Source of the DNA: a virus
Lineage: Duplodnaviria > Caudoviricetes
IMG/VR virus record: IMGVR_UViG_3300035208_001463
Location: 32,001-96,000 of that record
Length of the DNA: 64,000 nucleotides
Reading direction: 5' to 3' (one strand)
How positions within the stretch are numbered: position 1 is the first letter of the stretch; every line of letters begins with the position of its first letter. A program made the translations under genes and the position numbers. The notes beneath the pieces were generated by a model. It had not been told where the DNA came from and did not search any database. It was given only the letters and a program-made list of their open reading frames with translations. Positions 9,871 through 20,491 of the stretch are shown one piece after another.

Positions 9871-10506
9871 TTATAACACCGGTTCCCATGCTTCTGAAAA
9901 CTCTCGCTCTTTATATAATTCGGCCAAACCAGTTACCTGTTTTAATCTTAATACTTCGTCTGGTTCCATCCCCAATTCGTGACCAATCTTTTCGTTGCTC
10001 CATCTTCTACGTGATAATTCTTGAACAATTTCACTCATACCAGAAACACTATGTTTCCCTCTCGCTCGGTTGTGCCGTATTGTGGAAGCCATACGATCTC
10101 CCCGCGCTGTGCGTTCGTTATTTACTTTCACAATGGGTAAATAACCATGCGTGCGCTTTATAACTTCTTTGCTTTCTTTACCAACTCTACTTCTATGGAA
10201 TCCGTCTACAACTTCATAGACATTGTTGGTTTCCCACGAAACCACTGGTTGCGTGTATCCGTCTTCAACAATCGAGGTTTCGAGTAATTTCATCTCCGGA
10301 TTTGCAACATTATTGGGATTATAATCGTTCTTTCCTACGATATCCGATTTAACCCATAGAACCAGATCAACGGGTTCGTTTTTCATCGGGGATGCGTCGT
10401 GAAGAATTGTTCTTATTTGGTTAAGTAAAGATAGTTGTTCATCTTCAGAATATTTAGACAATTCTTCTACAATTTCTCGCGTTTTATTAATTAAATCAGA
10501 TTCCAT
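9871..10506 (-). CDS. ibrB: IbrB/YbdM-like ParB/Srx-domain protein
   Basis: NDYNPN.VA.PEM.LL..SI..DGYTQPVV, VVDGFHR, STIRHNRARGKH. Confidence 0.9.
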   Translation of the reverse strand: MESDLINKTREIVEELSKYSEDEQLSLLNQIRTILHDASPMKNEPVDLVLWVKSDIVGKNDYNPNNVANPEMKLLETSIVEDGYTQPVVSWETNNVYEVVDGFHRSRVGKESKEVIKRTHGYLPIVKVNNERTARGDRMASTIRHNRARGKHSVSGMSEIVQELSRRRWSNEKIGHELGMEPDEVLRLKQVTGLAELYKEREFSEAWEPVL

Positions 10507-11696
10507 TTTTCTCTCCTCGTTTTCATGAGTTTCAAATATTTTTCATATGCAGATGTTTTTGTAGGGGCGAATGATAGTGTGCGGCACCAGTAATCTAATC
10601 GTAGAAGCGTTTTACAAATCCGTTTCCATGATGGATGATTATCAGTGCTTCCACAATCTCCGGGTTGTGTATCGGGAATTGTAATACCTCTATCTTTATA
10701 CCATTTTAAATATACCGATATTTTGTTTTTATAATGTTCTGAAGTTGACGTTGGCATTGAATTGAGAAGATGCATAGCGAAAGACTGCCAAGTGTGATTT
10801 GGTGGAAGTATAATTTGGTTAATACCCAATACGTTTCCTTTTTCTTTTGCATAAATGGCTCCCATATTCGCCCCGTTAACGCGCGCAACAATTTTGCCCC
10901 AAGTTTCTGGTTCGATTGCATGAAATAACCATAATCCTTGACGCTGTTCAGAACCATACGGTTCACAAATTCGCATTTTGTGTAGAGATAACCCCGCGCG
11001 ACTCATTTGATCATAGAGTTTATTGTATGGAAGATTCGTTTTTCCATGAAAGGTCCATATATCTTCTGTAGTCCAATCATAGATTGGAAATACGTTACAA
11101 ACATTATTGTTGGTTGTGGTATAGCATTTGTTATCATATGAGTGTTTAACCCCAGCATTTATAGTTCTCCATCTGTTTAGAGATTCTAGTGTACGGATGC
11201 CTATAAATGAGGCGCTGGGTGTAACATTTGAATAATAATGAAGAAACGCGGGAACGAATTCTTCAAATGTCATAGCATATGTATAGAAGGGAAAATGCGA
11301 TGTATCTGTAATAGCAATTTCGGGTGGATGTCTGACCCATATGGATTCTTTTCCTTTCTCCCACGAAATCCACTCGGGTTCAAATTGTGAAACCGCATTA
11401 ACAGTTTTTAAAGGAAGGCAAACCCAAAATGGAATTATGAGATCTTTATAAAGGTTAAACATTTCTGCGACATGAACAATTGTATATTTATATTGTGCTT
11501 CCCAATCGACAAATAAAACAGCAAATTTTTGGTTGCGTTTTTTTGCTTCTGCTGCTACGAGATGAAACATTACAGTGGAATCTTTACCACCAGAAAAGCT
11601 TACACAGATTTTCGGGAACGTATCGAAAGCCCACGCGATGCGTCGCTGTGCGGCTTCTAGTACATTGATACCAAGAGGTTGTTTCCAAGAAGACAT
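10491..11696 (-). CDS. ibrA: IbrA/YbdN-like PAPS-reductase-family protein (DUF3440)
   Basis: PP-loop SFSGGKDS, GIR..ESLNR, PIYDW, MRICEPYG, WKRICK; paired with the IbrB-like gene. Confidence 0.9.
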   Translation of the reverse strand: MSSWKQPLGINVLEAAQRRIAWAFDTFPKICVSFSGGKDSTVMFHLVAAEAKKRNQKFAVLFVDWEAQYKYTIVHVAEMFNLYKDLIIPFWVCLPLKTVNAVSQFEPEWISWEKGKESIWVRHPPEIAITDTSHFPFYTYAMTFEEFVPAFLHYYSNVTPSASFIGIRTLESLNRWRTINAGVKHSYDNKCYTTTNNNVCNVFPIYDWTTEDIWTFHGKTNLPYNKLYDQMSRAGLSLHKMRICEPYGSEQRQGLWLFHAIEPETWGKIVARVNGANMGAIYAKEKGNVLGINQIILPPNHTWQSFAMHLLNSMPTSTSEHYKNKISVYLKWYKDRGITIPDTQPGDCGSTDNHPSWKRICKTLLRLDYWCRTLSFAPTKTSAYEKYLKLMKTRREKWNLI

Positions 11697-11937
11697 CCAT
11701 ATAATATATGCTTTATTAGTATATAAAAGTATTGGTAGTGAGTTAAAAACGTGGAACTAAAATATCTTATTCTCCCTCTTCCCCTCCACCGGGTCACGCG
11801 TGAACCAATAACAAACAATTTCCCGCATCGAAGTTATAGCATTGGTTTCATTTCGCTTATGACGAATGTTACAACCATACCCGGACAATCTACATTTTCC
11901 ATTGTTGTATCGTGTGCATTGGCGGATGAATTTCATA

Positions 11938-13061
11938 TTAACACAAAATATTTTCTGGAATCATTTCCCAATTAGAAGGATCTTTTTCCATAATGGGATC
12001 TTGATATTTCTTATCGTGCATTGTAATGTCGAGGCATATTAAATATCGTTCGAGATGCTCATCTAACGTGCCTTCAATAGAATGCTTGCATTTTCGAACG
12101 CATCCATTGCATTGAAAATTAAGGGTTGACATTTATTTACCCTCCAATTTACACCACATCGGAAACACACCAACTTCTCCACAATTCGCCGGAAGTATCT
12201 TATATCCAATCTCGCGTGACCTCTCCCACAATTCCTCATCGTCTACCTGATATTCATACTCATGCATGTGGTCTTCTTCATACCCCGTTTTAATTTGTGG
12301 GTGCGTGCATGTTAATTCATCGCTGTAATCATAGTGTTGTGTGCGCTTGAAATACGGGCAGACACCTTCGATACATCCAGACACAGGAATATTTTTCATC
12401 TTCTCACTCACTCCGTTATTTGACACATACTACTAGAACGCGTAAGTATAAAAGTCTTGTGGTTTAAGAAAAGAATGTGATTACTTTTTGGAATTTGATG
12501 TAAATTCTTTATAATGTTTTTCACAAAAGTGGAACATTCCTGCTTTGTGAGTTCCCTCTTGTCTGCATCTCCGTACATCGCAAGGTGTTTTTGTTTTAGT
12601 TGTCATAATAAAAGATTGTGTTCAAAGTATAAATAAGTTGTGATATCAGGAAGAGATTTCTTCCAACCTACACCATTCCGGTATCTCCCCATGTATATCC
12701 GGTATCAAATGACGACCCAGATCGTTTTCTATATCGCTATAATTCAGTGTATGAATTCTGCAAAAAAATCTATCTGCTGCATAAGATGTACAATTAGGGC
12801 ATCGTGCACACTTATCAATTTTTTGTGTATATATCCGTGTCATCTTCAAACCTCCTCCAAAAACTCCTCAAAATCATCTTTCGAAAACCCATCGGTAATA
12901 TCACCCCAAGAAATATTCAGACCATAAAGATTTCCCATATTGTACATGTCTGTAACCATTCCTATAGTTCCGCGTGGTAGTTGATAAAAAGAAACTTTTG
13001 TTCTAACCTTTTTACCAAGTTTGGATTTTGCTTCTGCATGAGTGAAGTAGGTGGATGGCAT
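11938..13061 (-). CDS. Run of small hypothetical ORFs, mostly Cys-rich (11938-12132, 12133-12426, 12646-12849, 12846-13061)
   Basis: Abutting ORFs; two end in a shared P.WC.LE motif. Confidence 0.55.
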
Positions 13062-13522
13062 TATCCCCCCATGTCGAAATAAATATCAGTTAACCACTCT
13101 TCCACTTCCGATAAATTATTCCAACTGATAATTTCTCCCTTTTCCGGAATTGCATTTTCAATAGTCCCGTTTGTACAAACGTAAGCACCAACATCTTTCT
13201 TGTGGATATATGCTTCTTTACGTTTGCAACGTGTATATTTTGGATCTGCGTTTATGCGCGCGCCTTTCATAAGATTGGAAAGATGATCCATAATATACGA
13301 CGAGTTTGTAATAACTACAAACTTGCGATCTTCGGATCGTGAAATCAATCGTGTTATATGTTCGATCTCTTCGATGTGATCCCAAGGATGATATGATGAA
13401 TGTTCTGGGAAGGCCACAAATCCCCCCCTGCGCATGTTTTCTATGTCTCCAATACGATCTCTTGCTTCATCTCCGAAAAATACAATTAGTTTCTTGTTCC
13501 AATCAATATCTTCGAGTTTCAT
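13061..13522 (-). CDS. Degenerate C-terminal half of an ABC/AAA_21-type ATPase
   Basis: FPEHSSYHP and VITNSSYIMDHL resemble EEPEAHLHP and ITTHSPYIL; no Walker A. Confidence 0.5.
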   Translation of the reverse strand: MKLEDIDWNKKLIVFFGDEARDRIGDIENMRRGGFVAFPEHSSYHPWDHIEEIEHITRLISRSEDRKFVVITNSSYIMDHLSNLMKGARINADPKYTRCKRKEAYIHKKDVGAYVCTNGTIENAIPEKGEIISWNNLSEVEEWLTDIYFDMGG

Positions 13523-13680
13523 TTAATACTCCTCCTGTTCATAATTGGTAGAGCAAATTCCGAAAACGTCTTTATATCCATTTTCAAATTTACATCTTAC
13601 TTCTTCAATACATGAACTTGTGTTATTCTTACACGTCCCGCAACACCGCGCGCGATAGGATGGGAACATGATTGGTGGGG

Positions 13681-15614
13681 TCATGGTTTATACACCCCAT
13701 TCCCTTCGTTTAATGCTTGATCAATAGAAAGATTGATTTTCCTTTTTGTTTTCAACGGGCAATTATCAAGTGAACACCTGCATCCACTCGGAAGCATCTG
13801 ACACCCAACGTAGTTTGCAGGATAATACACCAGAGGACACTTCCTCCGGTTAATCGTTACTTCCCATTCGCGTGGGTCTTCGGGTTCCATGTGTACCATG
13901 TTTATTTCACTCCTTTCCATAAACTTCTTTCGATCTCTTTGCTGCTGAATCAATATCATTGAATATTTCGTATTCAACATCCCACTTGTCGGGTTTCCTA
14001 CCATCAGGAATTGTGCGATCATTACTGCCCATCACAAGTATCTCACCAATAGTAAATACCGGGACGTTGCAAAATACCATCTGTTTTTTAGTAAGATTTA
14101 TAGTGGTATCGCGACCGCGTTTTACAGCATCGGAGAAATATTCCTTCACAAGATGAAATGGTGGATTCACGATAATATTTGCTCCAACTGTGTTGGGGTT
14201 TGCATCCGGGTTGATTAACATTTCTGCACAAGAATAGTTACCGGACGAGTCATCACTTACTTTTGTGATTACTGCAAAATATGCTACCATCTCACTTCAC
14301 CACCCTACGAATTACAGAATCTATTTCCACGATGTAGTATCCATCGAGTTGTGTGTAGTTGTGCTCAAGATACTCGGATTTCATGTTGTCGTAGGAACCT
14401 GTTGATAACCTCTGAATGTTACCAAGCGAATCGGATTTGATAATCCAATAATTTGTGATATTGATCCCGACGAATTTAAAGTTTCCGTTTAGGGTTTCTG
14501 GCATGTTAATTACCACCTGTCAATACGTTTGCCGCGTGTGATTTCTTCGATTGCATTCGATACCCATTCTGGCCACTCGCCATACATTTCAAAAGCAAGC
14601 ATCCCATTATATTTTTGAATCAAACCCTTTGTTCCGATTTCTTTCATTTCATACTTGAAACATTCGGAATGTTCGATTATAAATTTTTCATCAATATTGA
14701 AAAAGTAACTATCTCTATCGAAGTTACTCCATTCTGGGTGCTGTTTCTTTGCACATTCTACGATCCCGTTGATCTGTGCCTTCATACCATTTATTGCGCA
14801 ACCGCGTGGAATAATGAATGTGGTCATGTTAGATCACTCACCAAGAAACCACTTGTAATGTGCCATCATCACATTGCAGCGGTCGATTGTATCTTCCTTT
14901 TTGCAAGCATAATCAATTTCTGTGATATACTTGTAGAATTCGTCAGATACTTCAATTGTTTTCACCATCTTTCTTCACTCCTTCAAATATACCTCTCATC
15001 TCCGAGTGCAGCCATCTGCATATCGTGGACTTCGGCTTCGTGTTCTTCCTGTTCTCGTGCCTTTTGCGCTTCAAAGCATTCTTTTGCATGTACACAGTGA
15101 GCTACAAGGCATCCACGGTATTCTCCGAAACACTCTGGATGGCGATATTCATTCGTTTCGTCTTTCATGTTAGTCTTGGTCATGGATACCCCTCTGCATA
15201 GAAGAACGTTTCGAGATCGACCATTAAGTCCTGCATCTGTCGTGTAGTTAATGTTACGTGCTCTGATCCAACGGTAACTTGATATCCGCATTTGCAGGAA
15301 TACTTCTGTGGCATAGAGAATCTTACTACAGAAACTTCTTTTTCGAAATCCGATCCATTTGTGATTTTGTAGTCCTTTCTGTGAATTGTTGTGCTCATCT
15401 TCTTTCACTCCATCCCCTCAAATGCCGGAAGCGAGCGGTAATATTCCTTGAACTTTGCCCAAACTTTCTTCATTTCCGGAAATTCCATAACCCACGGTGT
15501 ATCTGCTGAATTCACAAGTTCATCTACCGCCCATTTTGTAGATTCGTTGTTCTCATGTGCATGAGTCATTATTACAGAATACGCTTCATCCGAAATCTCA
15601 ATTGTTTTCACCAT
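13681..15614 (-). CDS. Operon of small hypothetical ORFs (incl. 13907-14290, 14292-14516, 14510-14827, 15180-15398, 15405-15614)
   Basis: Overlapping stops/starts, GGAG/GGTG RBS, promoter near 15650-15680; 15405-15614 begins like an RHH/antitoxin domain (MVKTIEISDEAY). Confidence 0.55.
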
Positions 15615-15745
15615 TTTTTCACAACTCCTCTAATTTTTGTATAATACTACTACGCGTCCTAACAATATAAATCTTTCTATGATTTTATACGAAACCTTTA
15701 TTAACAATCAATACCTAATACAAATATTAATATAGGTGAACAATT

Positions 15746-16135
15746 TTGGCGGTTGCAGAAACTTTTACATATTCAACAATGAATTCCACCCCTGAAGCTG
15801 TGTGGATGTTAATGGCATTGATAGCAGTATCTTTCTTTATAATCGCGTTTTCCCACAAACTACGAGATGAAGATGGTTCTATATCAACGGTGCGTGTAGC
15901 ATTCTCGTTATTCGGCAGTGTTATTTGTGGCATTGTTGCTTATCTGTCGTTAGTTATAGATGTGAATACGGGATCGCAGACCCACGCGCTTTATCAATCT
16001 CCCGTGGTTGCAATAGTGTTTGTGATATTTAGTATAATTTTGTTTGCTAATTTTGTATATTCTATTATTGCTCCAGAAATGATAAAACCAAGTAAGGATG
16101 ATTATCACTTCAAACCGGAGGAGAATAAGAGATGA
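15746..16135 (+). CDS. Three-helix membrane protein, paralog of the C-terminus of the next ORF
   Basis: TTG start after GGTGA; KLRDEDGSIS..R..FS....CGI.AYLSL shared with 16132-17154. Confidence 0.7.
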   Translation: MAVAETFTYSTMNSTPEAVWMLMALIAVSFFIIAFSHKLRDEDGSISTVRVAFSLFGSVICGIVAYLSLVIDVNTGSQTHALYQSPVVAIVFVIFSIILFANFVYSIIAPEMIKPSKDDYHFKPEENKR

Positions 16136-17154
16136 AGAAAATAATAATAGGATTGGTTGTTTTTTGTTTGTTTGTTGGCGGTGTTTCTGCACTTCTTCCG
16201 CCAGTTGCACCCCCAAACATCCCTATAACCGGGGATGTTAATTTCTTCTTTTGGAATGACTCTAGCGATTTTGGAATTACATATAATAAGCTCGCTACAT
16301 ATCCCCAGTTGCAGGACGAAGTTATTTATTCTGCAACTGTATCTCAATCAACTGGCGAAAAAACAATTGCTTCATTCATAAGCGAACCATTTCCAACAGG
16401 AAAAATTCTGGAACCCGGTCTAACACGATATAGAATGTATCTTAATACTTCAAGCGATGTAGGTATAACAACATTTAATTTCATACCATATAATGTAAGT
16501 TCTACTGGTATAGAAACCAGAATGTTTTTCGGAGTTCCACAAACTGTTGATATCAATACTCAAGTATCTTCCGAGTATTTAGTATCATATGCTCGAAGAA
16601 ACTATACATATTTCTTACCGGGCGAAAGGCTTCTCATAAGAGCAAATCTTTCAACAACAAGTGTTGTTAGCAGAACTGGTTATATAAGTGTTGCTGGTAC
16701 AACTGAAGCCAGTATGGTTCAAATCGGGTATTGGATGGATACACCCAACGAAAGTTACGCCTACTCACCCAACGAAAGTTACGCCTACTCACCCTCCGGC
16801 GCAACGCCATTGACCCAATGGATAGTTGTCGCTCTGACCGCAATAGCATTATTTGTATGCGCGTTTTATTTTAAAATGAGAAATGAAGACGGTGAAATTT
16901 CTAAAGAGCGCATAGTATTTTCAATAGTATCCACCGTCGTGTGTGGAATAGCAGCATATTTATCATTGGAGATTATTATACCGAGTGGGGGATTGGCGAC
17001 AAGTGTTGTATATCAGCAACCCGTGATAGCAATTCTATTCACAATGGCAAGTATTATATCCTTTGCGAACTTTATATATTGCATCACACAAAAAGATATG
17101 TTGAAACCGGAGAAGAAAGATTATAAAAATGATGGAGAGGGGGAGAGGAGATAA
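16132..17154 (+). CDS. Secreted, membrane-anchored putative glycoprotein (candidate virion protein)
   Basis: Signal peptide, beta-rich ectodomain with several N-x-S/T sequons, three C-terminal TM helices. Confidence 0.7.
   Translation: MKKIIIGLVVFCLFVGGVSALLPPVAPPNIPITGDVNFFFWNDSSDFGITYNKLATYPQLQDEVIYSATVSQSTGEKTIASFISEPFPTGKILEPGLTRYRMYLNTSSDVGITTFNFIPYNVSSTGIETRMFFGVPQTVDINTQVSSEYLVSYARRNYTYFLPGERLLIRANLSTTSVVSRTGYISVAGTTEASMVQIGYWMDTPNESYAYSPNESYAYSPSGATPLTQWIVVALTAIALFVCAFYFKMRNEDGEISKERIVFSIVSTVVCGIAAYLSLEIIIPSGGLATSVVYQQPVIAILFTMASIISFANFIYCITQKDMLKPEKKDYKNDGEGERR
16742..16794 (+). repeat. 24-bp in-frame tandem duplication (PNESYAYS x2)
   Basis: CACCCAACGAAAGTTACGCCTACT twice plus CACCC. 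Confidence 0.95.
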
Positions 17155-17456
17155 TGCACGTCAGTAGTTTATTTTTTTTAGTTGTTGTAGTCACGGTATG
17201 TTTATTTGGCGGTATAATGGCTGCTGGAACCTATCAGGCAAACGCGCCGACCAGTCAACCAGATAGTTTGGGGAATATGCCTTCTCAGTCAACAAATACG
17301 ACCGCTGGAATGATCGGAAACGTAACTGCTTTCGAGCAGGAAGGATCGGGATGGATGGTTTTATTAATCGCGGTGATTATAGTAATATGTGTTATAATCG
17401 GCGGAATGGTAATGTTGCGACAAAGCAAGTTGGGTGGGAATAAGTATAGGACTTGA
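17154..17456 (+). CDS. Two-helix hydrophobic protein, candidate minor capsid/membrane protein
   Basis: Two TM segments, loop with NTT/NVT sequons, basic tail. Confidence 0.6.
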   Translation: MHVSSLFFLVVVVTVCLFGGIMAAGTYQANAPTSQPDSLGNMPSQSTNTTAGMIGNVTAFEQEGSGWMVLLIAVIIVICVIIGGMVMLRQSKLGGNKYRT

Positions 17457-17460
17457 TATT

Positions 17461-17748
17461 ATGAAAAGACTTGTAATAGGATTAATGTTGATATGTTTGT
17501 TGATTGGTAGTGCAAGCGCGTGGACAATAGATGATAGAGAAAATAGAGTGGCCGGAACTGTAGATTTTTATAGTGATGGACATGGTATTTTGAATGTTAC
17601 CGGATACCCGCTTATAAATTTTAATTGGTATCAGAGTGGTGATATGATAAGAGCGAGTTATTTGTTTTATGGGATCAATGTTTATTATAATGCGAGCACG
17701 GATGAGTTGTATAGTCCGTCAGTTGAAAATGTAACATTAAAAAGATAA
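17461..17748 (+). CDS. Small secreted protein
   Basis: MKRLVIGL...ASA signal peptide; N-glycosylation sequons. Confidence 0.6.
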   Translation: MKRLVIGLMLICLLIGSASAWTIDDRENRVAGTVDFYSDGHGILNVTGYPLINFNWYQSGDMIRASYLFYGINVYYNASTDELYSPSVENVTLKR

Positions 17749-17791
17749 AAAATTTTTAAAACTCCGGATAAACCATCCGAACATTGTTCAT

Positions 17792-19022
17792 CTAAAATGC
17801 AGCGATGATACCCCAAACTTTAGGTTGGGGAGGAGCGCGTTCACCACCAAAAAGTATTTATACTAATAGTGTTAATATATGAATGTGATTAGGACAATTA
17901 AGTTGAAACTTAATGTTTCTTCTGATGATAAGCAATGTCTCCTGCAAACAATGAGAGATTACACTGTAGCTTTTAACATCTGCTCAAATTGGGGTTTTAA
18001 TAACCACACTGTCAGCAAGATTGACTGTCACAATGCTACTTATAAAATTATTCGACAATCTGTTCCTAATCTACCCTCATCGCTCGTACAAGGTGCAAGA
18101 GATGTTGCATGTGAATCTTTGAAAGCAGTAAAATGCCATTTCAAACCCATTCGAAAAGAACATTCTGCAATGCGATATAACCAAAGAGTTATCCGTATCT
18201 GCCTTGACTCCGGGTATGCAACCATCTCCACATCCAATGGTAGAATTAAGGCCACGTTTTGTATCCCGGAATATTACCGACAATATCTTTCGTGGAAGAT
18301 TAAATCCTCTAATATATCCCTTCGTAAGAACGATGATATTTTCTACTTGCATTGCCAACTTGAAATCGATACCCCGAAGGTAACTACGGAGCGGTCGGTT
18401 ATTGGAATAGACAGAGGCATTGTTAATATTGCAGTATGCTCTAATAATGTTTTCTTTAATGCTAGGGCGATGAAGAATACGCGTGCAAAATATGCATATC
18501 TCCGAGCCGAATTACAGTCTAAAGGCACTCGATCCGCTAAACGAAAGTTGAAAAAACTTTCTGGTCGAGAAAGACGGTTTGTGACTGATGTTAATCATTG
18601 TATTTCGAAGCAAATTATTCAATTCCCATATACAATCCTTGCACTTGAAAACCTTACTAAAATACGCGTACAGAAACGTAGAAGTAAGAAGTTTAATATG
18701 AAATTAAATAGATGGGCTTTTTATGAACTAGAACGGTTTATTCGATACAAGGCAGAGAGTCTTGGTAAACTGGTTATTACTGTTGATGCTCGTTATACCT
18801 CGCAGAAGTGTTCTGCCTGTGGTCATATCTATAAAGGCAACCGGAATGGTTCTCAATACCTCTGTCGTAACTGCGGTTTTGAACTCCATGCTGACCTCAA
18901 TGCTTCCCGCAACATCGCTCAAGATGGTATATCTGTTTTGAGTAGGCTGCCCGTCAACCAGCCAAATGTAGCATGTCCTTGACATAGTTACAAGCCCCGT
19001 CGTTTACGGTGGGGCGGTTGAC
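17792..19022 (+). mobile_element. IS200/IS605-family (IS1341-like) element with tnpB only; ends approximate
   Basis: Left subterminal hairpin CCCCAAACTTTAGGTTGGGG (17811-17830); right hairpin GCCCCGTCGTTTACGGTGGGGC followed by GTTGAC; candidate TAM TTCAT at 17787-17791. Confidence 0.75.
17879..18982 (+). CDS. tnpB: TnpB RNA-guided endonuclease
   Basis: RuvC GIDRG, ALENL, ADLNASRNI; Zn finger CSAC..CRNC; YTSQKC. Confidence 0.95.
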   Translation: MNVIRTIKLKLNVSSDDKQCLLQTMRDYTVAFNICSNWGFNNHTVSKIDCHNATYKIIRQSVPNLPSSLVQGARDVACESLKAVKCHFKPIRKEHSAMRYNQRVIRICLDSGYATISTSNGRIKATFCIPEYYRQYLSWKIKSSNISLRKNDDIFYLHCQLEIDTPKVTTERSVIGIDRGIVNIAVCSNNVFFNARAMKNTRAKYAYLRAELQSKGTRSAKRKLKKLSGRERRFVTDVNHCISKQIIQFPYTILALENLTKIRVQKRRSKKFNMKLNRWAFYELERFIRYKAESLGKLVITVDARYTSQKCSACGHIYKGNRNGSQYLCRNCGFELHADLNASRNIAQDGISVLSRLPVNQPNVACP

Positions 19023-19186
19023 CGATTCGGTTGTTTTCTTGTACATTTTTGTTTCCTCGTTTTGTTTGGGACTTCGGTTGTCCCTAAACATAATGTGCGA
19101 TATTAGTATTTATAACTTTTGAATACGCGTTCTAACATATATAACTCACACAAACTCTTTTATAGAATGAACCACTATGGTTATTT

Positions 19187-20486
19187 ATGGTTAAAGAAGA
19201 TACAACAAAACTTTTTACGCGCGACCAAGAGACAACCGTGAGATTCCAGTTGGCGTATGGTACGGGAATGATAATTGTCGCGCTTATCACATTTTGGATT
19301 TGCTCGCAGATATTTACCGTGGATATTAAATATGCTGTATTAGCAATCGGCATTATTCTAGCGTTGACGTGGTTCCGGGATGGACTTATGATCTTGGCAG
19401 ACGTTGCGATTAACATTATGAAGAACCGCGAGAACTAACCACAACCTTTTTATATAAACGCGTCTAATCATAATACATGAAAATCATAGGAACATTTTCT
19501 GTTACAAACGGGATGATCCGAGCACCACCCGGTACAGAAGGACGATTCACACTTGAATTGAATAGCAATGGATCTTTTATTTATCACCCACTAAAAAAAT
19601 GTGATACAGAATATCCTTTTGAAGTTTATGATGGTAATGAATTGCTTGCTTCATTTCCTACAGAAGCAAAAGCCATCGAATATAAACTTACAATGGAAAA
19701 ATCTTGTGGGCACACCTTACGCATGAAGAAAATGTTCCCTTCTGCTGGGAAGAATGGGAAGATTGTGGGGGATTAAAAACATGATTAATCCTGCCAACAT
19801 TGGTTATTTGAAGGGTATCATCATAAAAGAACTTTCCGCCGGTCGTCAATGTGAAATAACAGGTAGTATGCTAGTTCACATTAAGAATATTGAAGATTAC
19901 GAAAGCAAAAAAGAAAAATTCGTGGGAAAATTTGGAGAGGTCATTGCCAGAACACCAATTACAATAATTGCCACGCGATTTCCACCACCGTGGGCAGAAA
20001 AGAAAATTGACGAAGTGATATGGGATTGTGACGAGATGTTACGGTGGGATGCTGATATTAATGACCGATGAAGAATGTCCATTAACAGCAAACCCGTGTA
20101 GGCATTGTTCTAGTGAACACGTATATCGTCCATATACGAAGGTAGAAAAAGATCCGAAAACCAATTTGTTCAGACCCGTAGGTATTGGGAAAATGGAAAT
20201 ATTTTTGGGTCACTACTGTAATAATGTTTGTTGTTGGTGCGATCAATTGGGAGGGTGTCCGATACCCGATGATCTGATACGACAGGGGAAGATGATTGAA
20301 GAAAACGAATTGGTGAAAGAGAAGGAGCGTGTGAAGGAAGAGAGGAGGAAAGCGAGAGAAAAAGCAAAGCGTGTGGCTGTTAAAAGTGCTGCGGGGAAAC
20401 CAATTAAACGACTCACAAAGGTAACAAAAGCAAAACCACAGAATAAGAAAGGTGTTACGAAGGGTGTGACAAAACGAAAACTTTAA
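19187..20486 (+). CDS. Small ORFs: two-TM protein 19187-19438, 19477-19776, 19754-20071, and Cys-rich basic-tailed 20028-20486
   Basis: ORF track; TATA promoters near 19155 and 19450. Confidence 0.55.
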
Positions 20487-20491
20487 ATAAA

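Noticed and set aside
20003-20020. Guide unit 3 versus KIDEVI in ORF 19754-20071
   Set aside because: Six dinucleotides match, one of them probably constant scaffold, and the rest do not; plausible by chance
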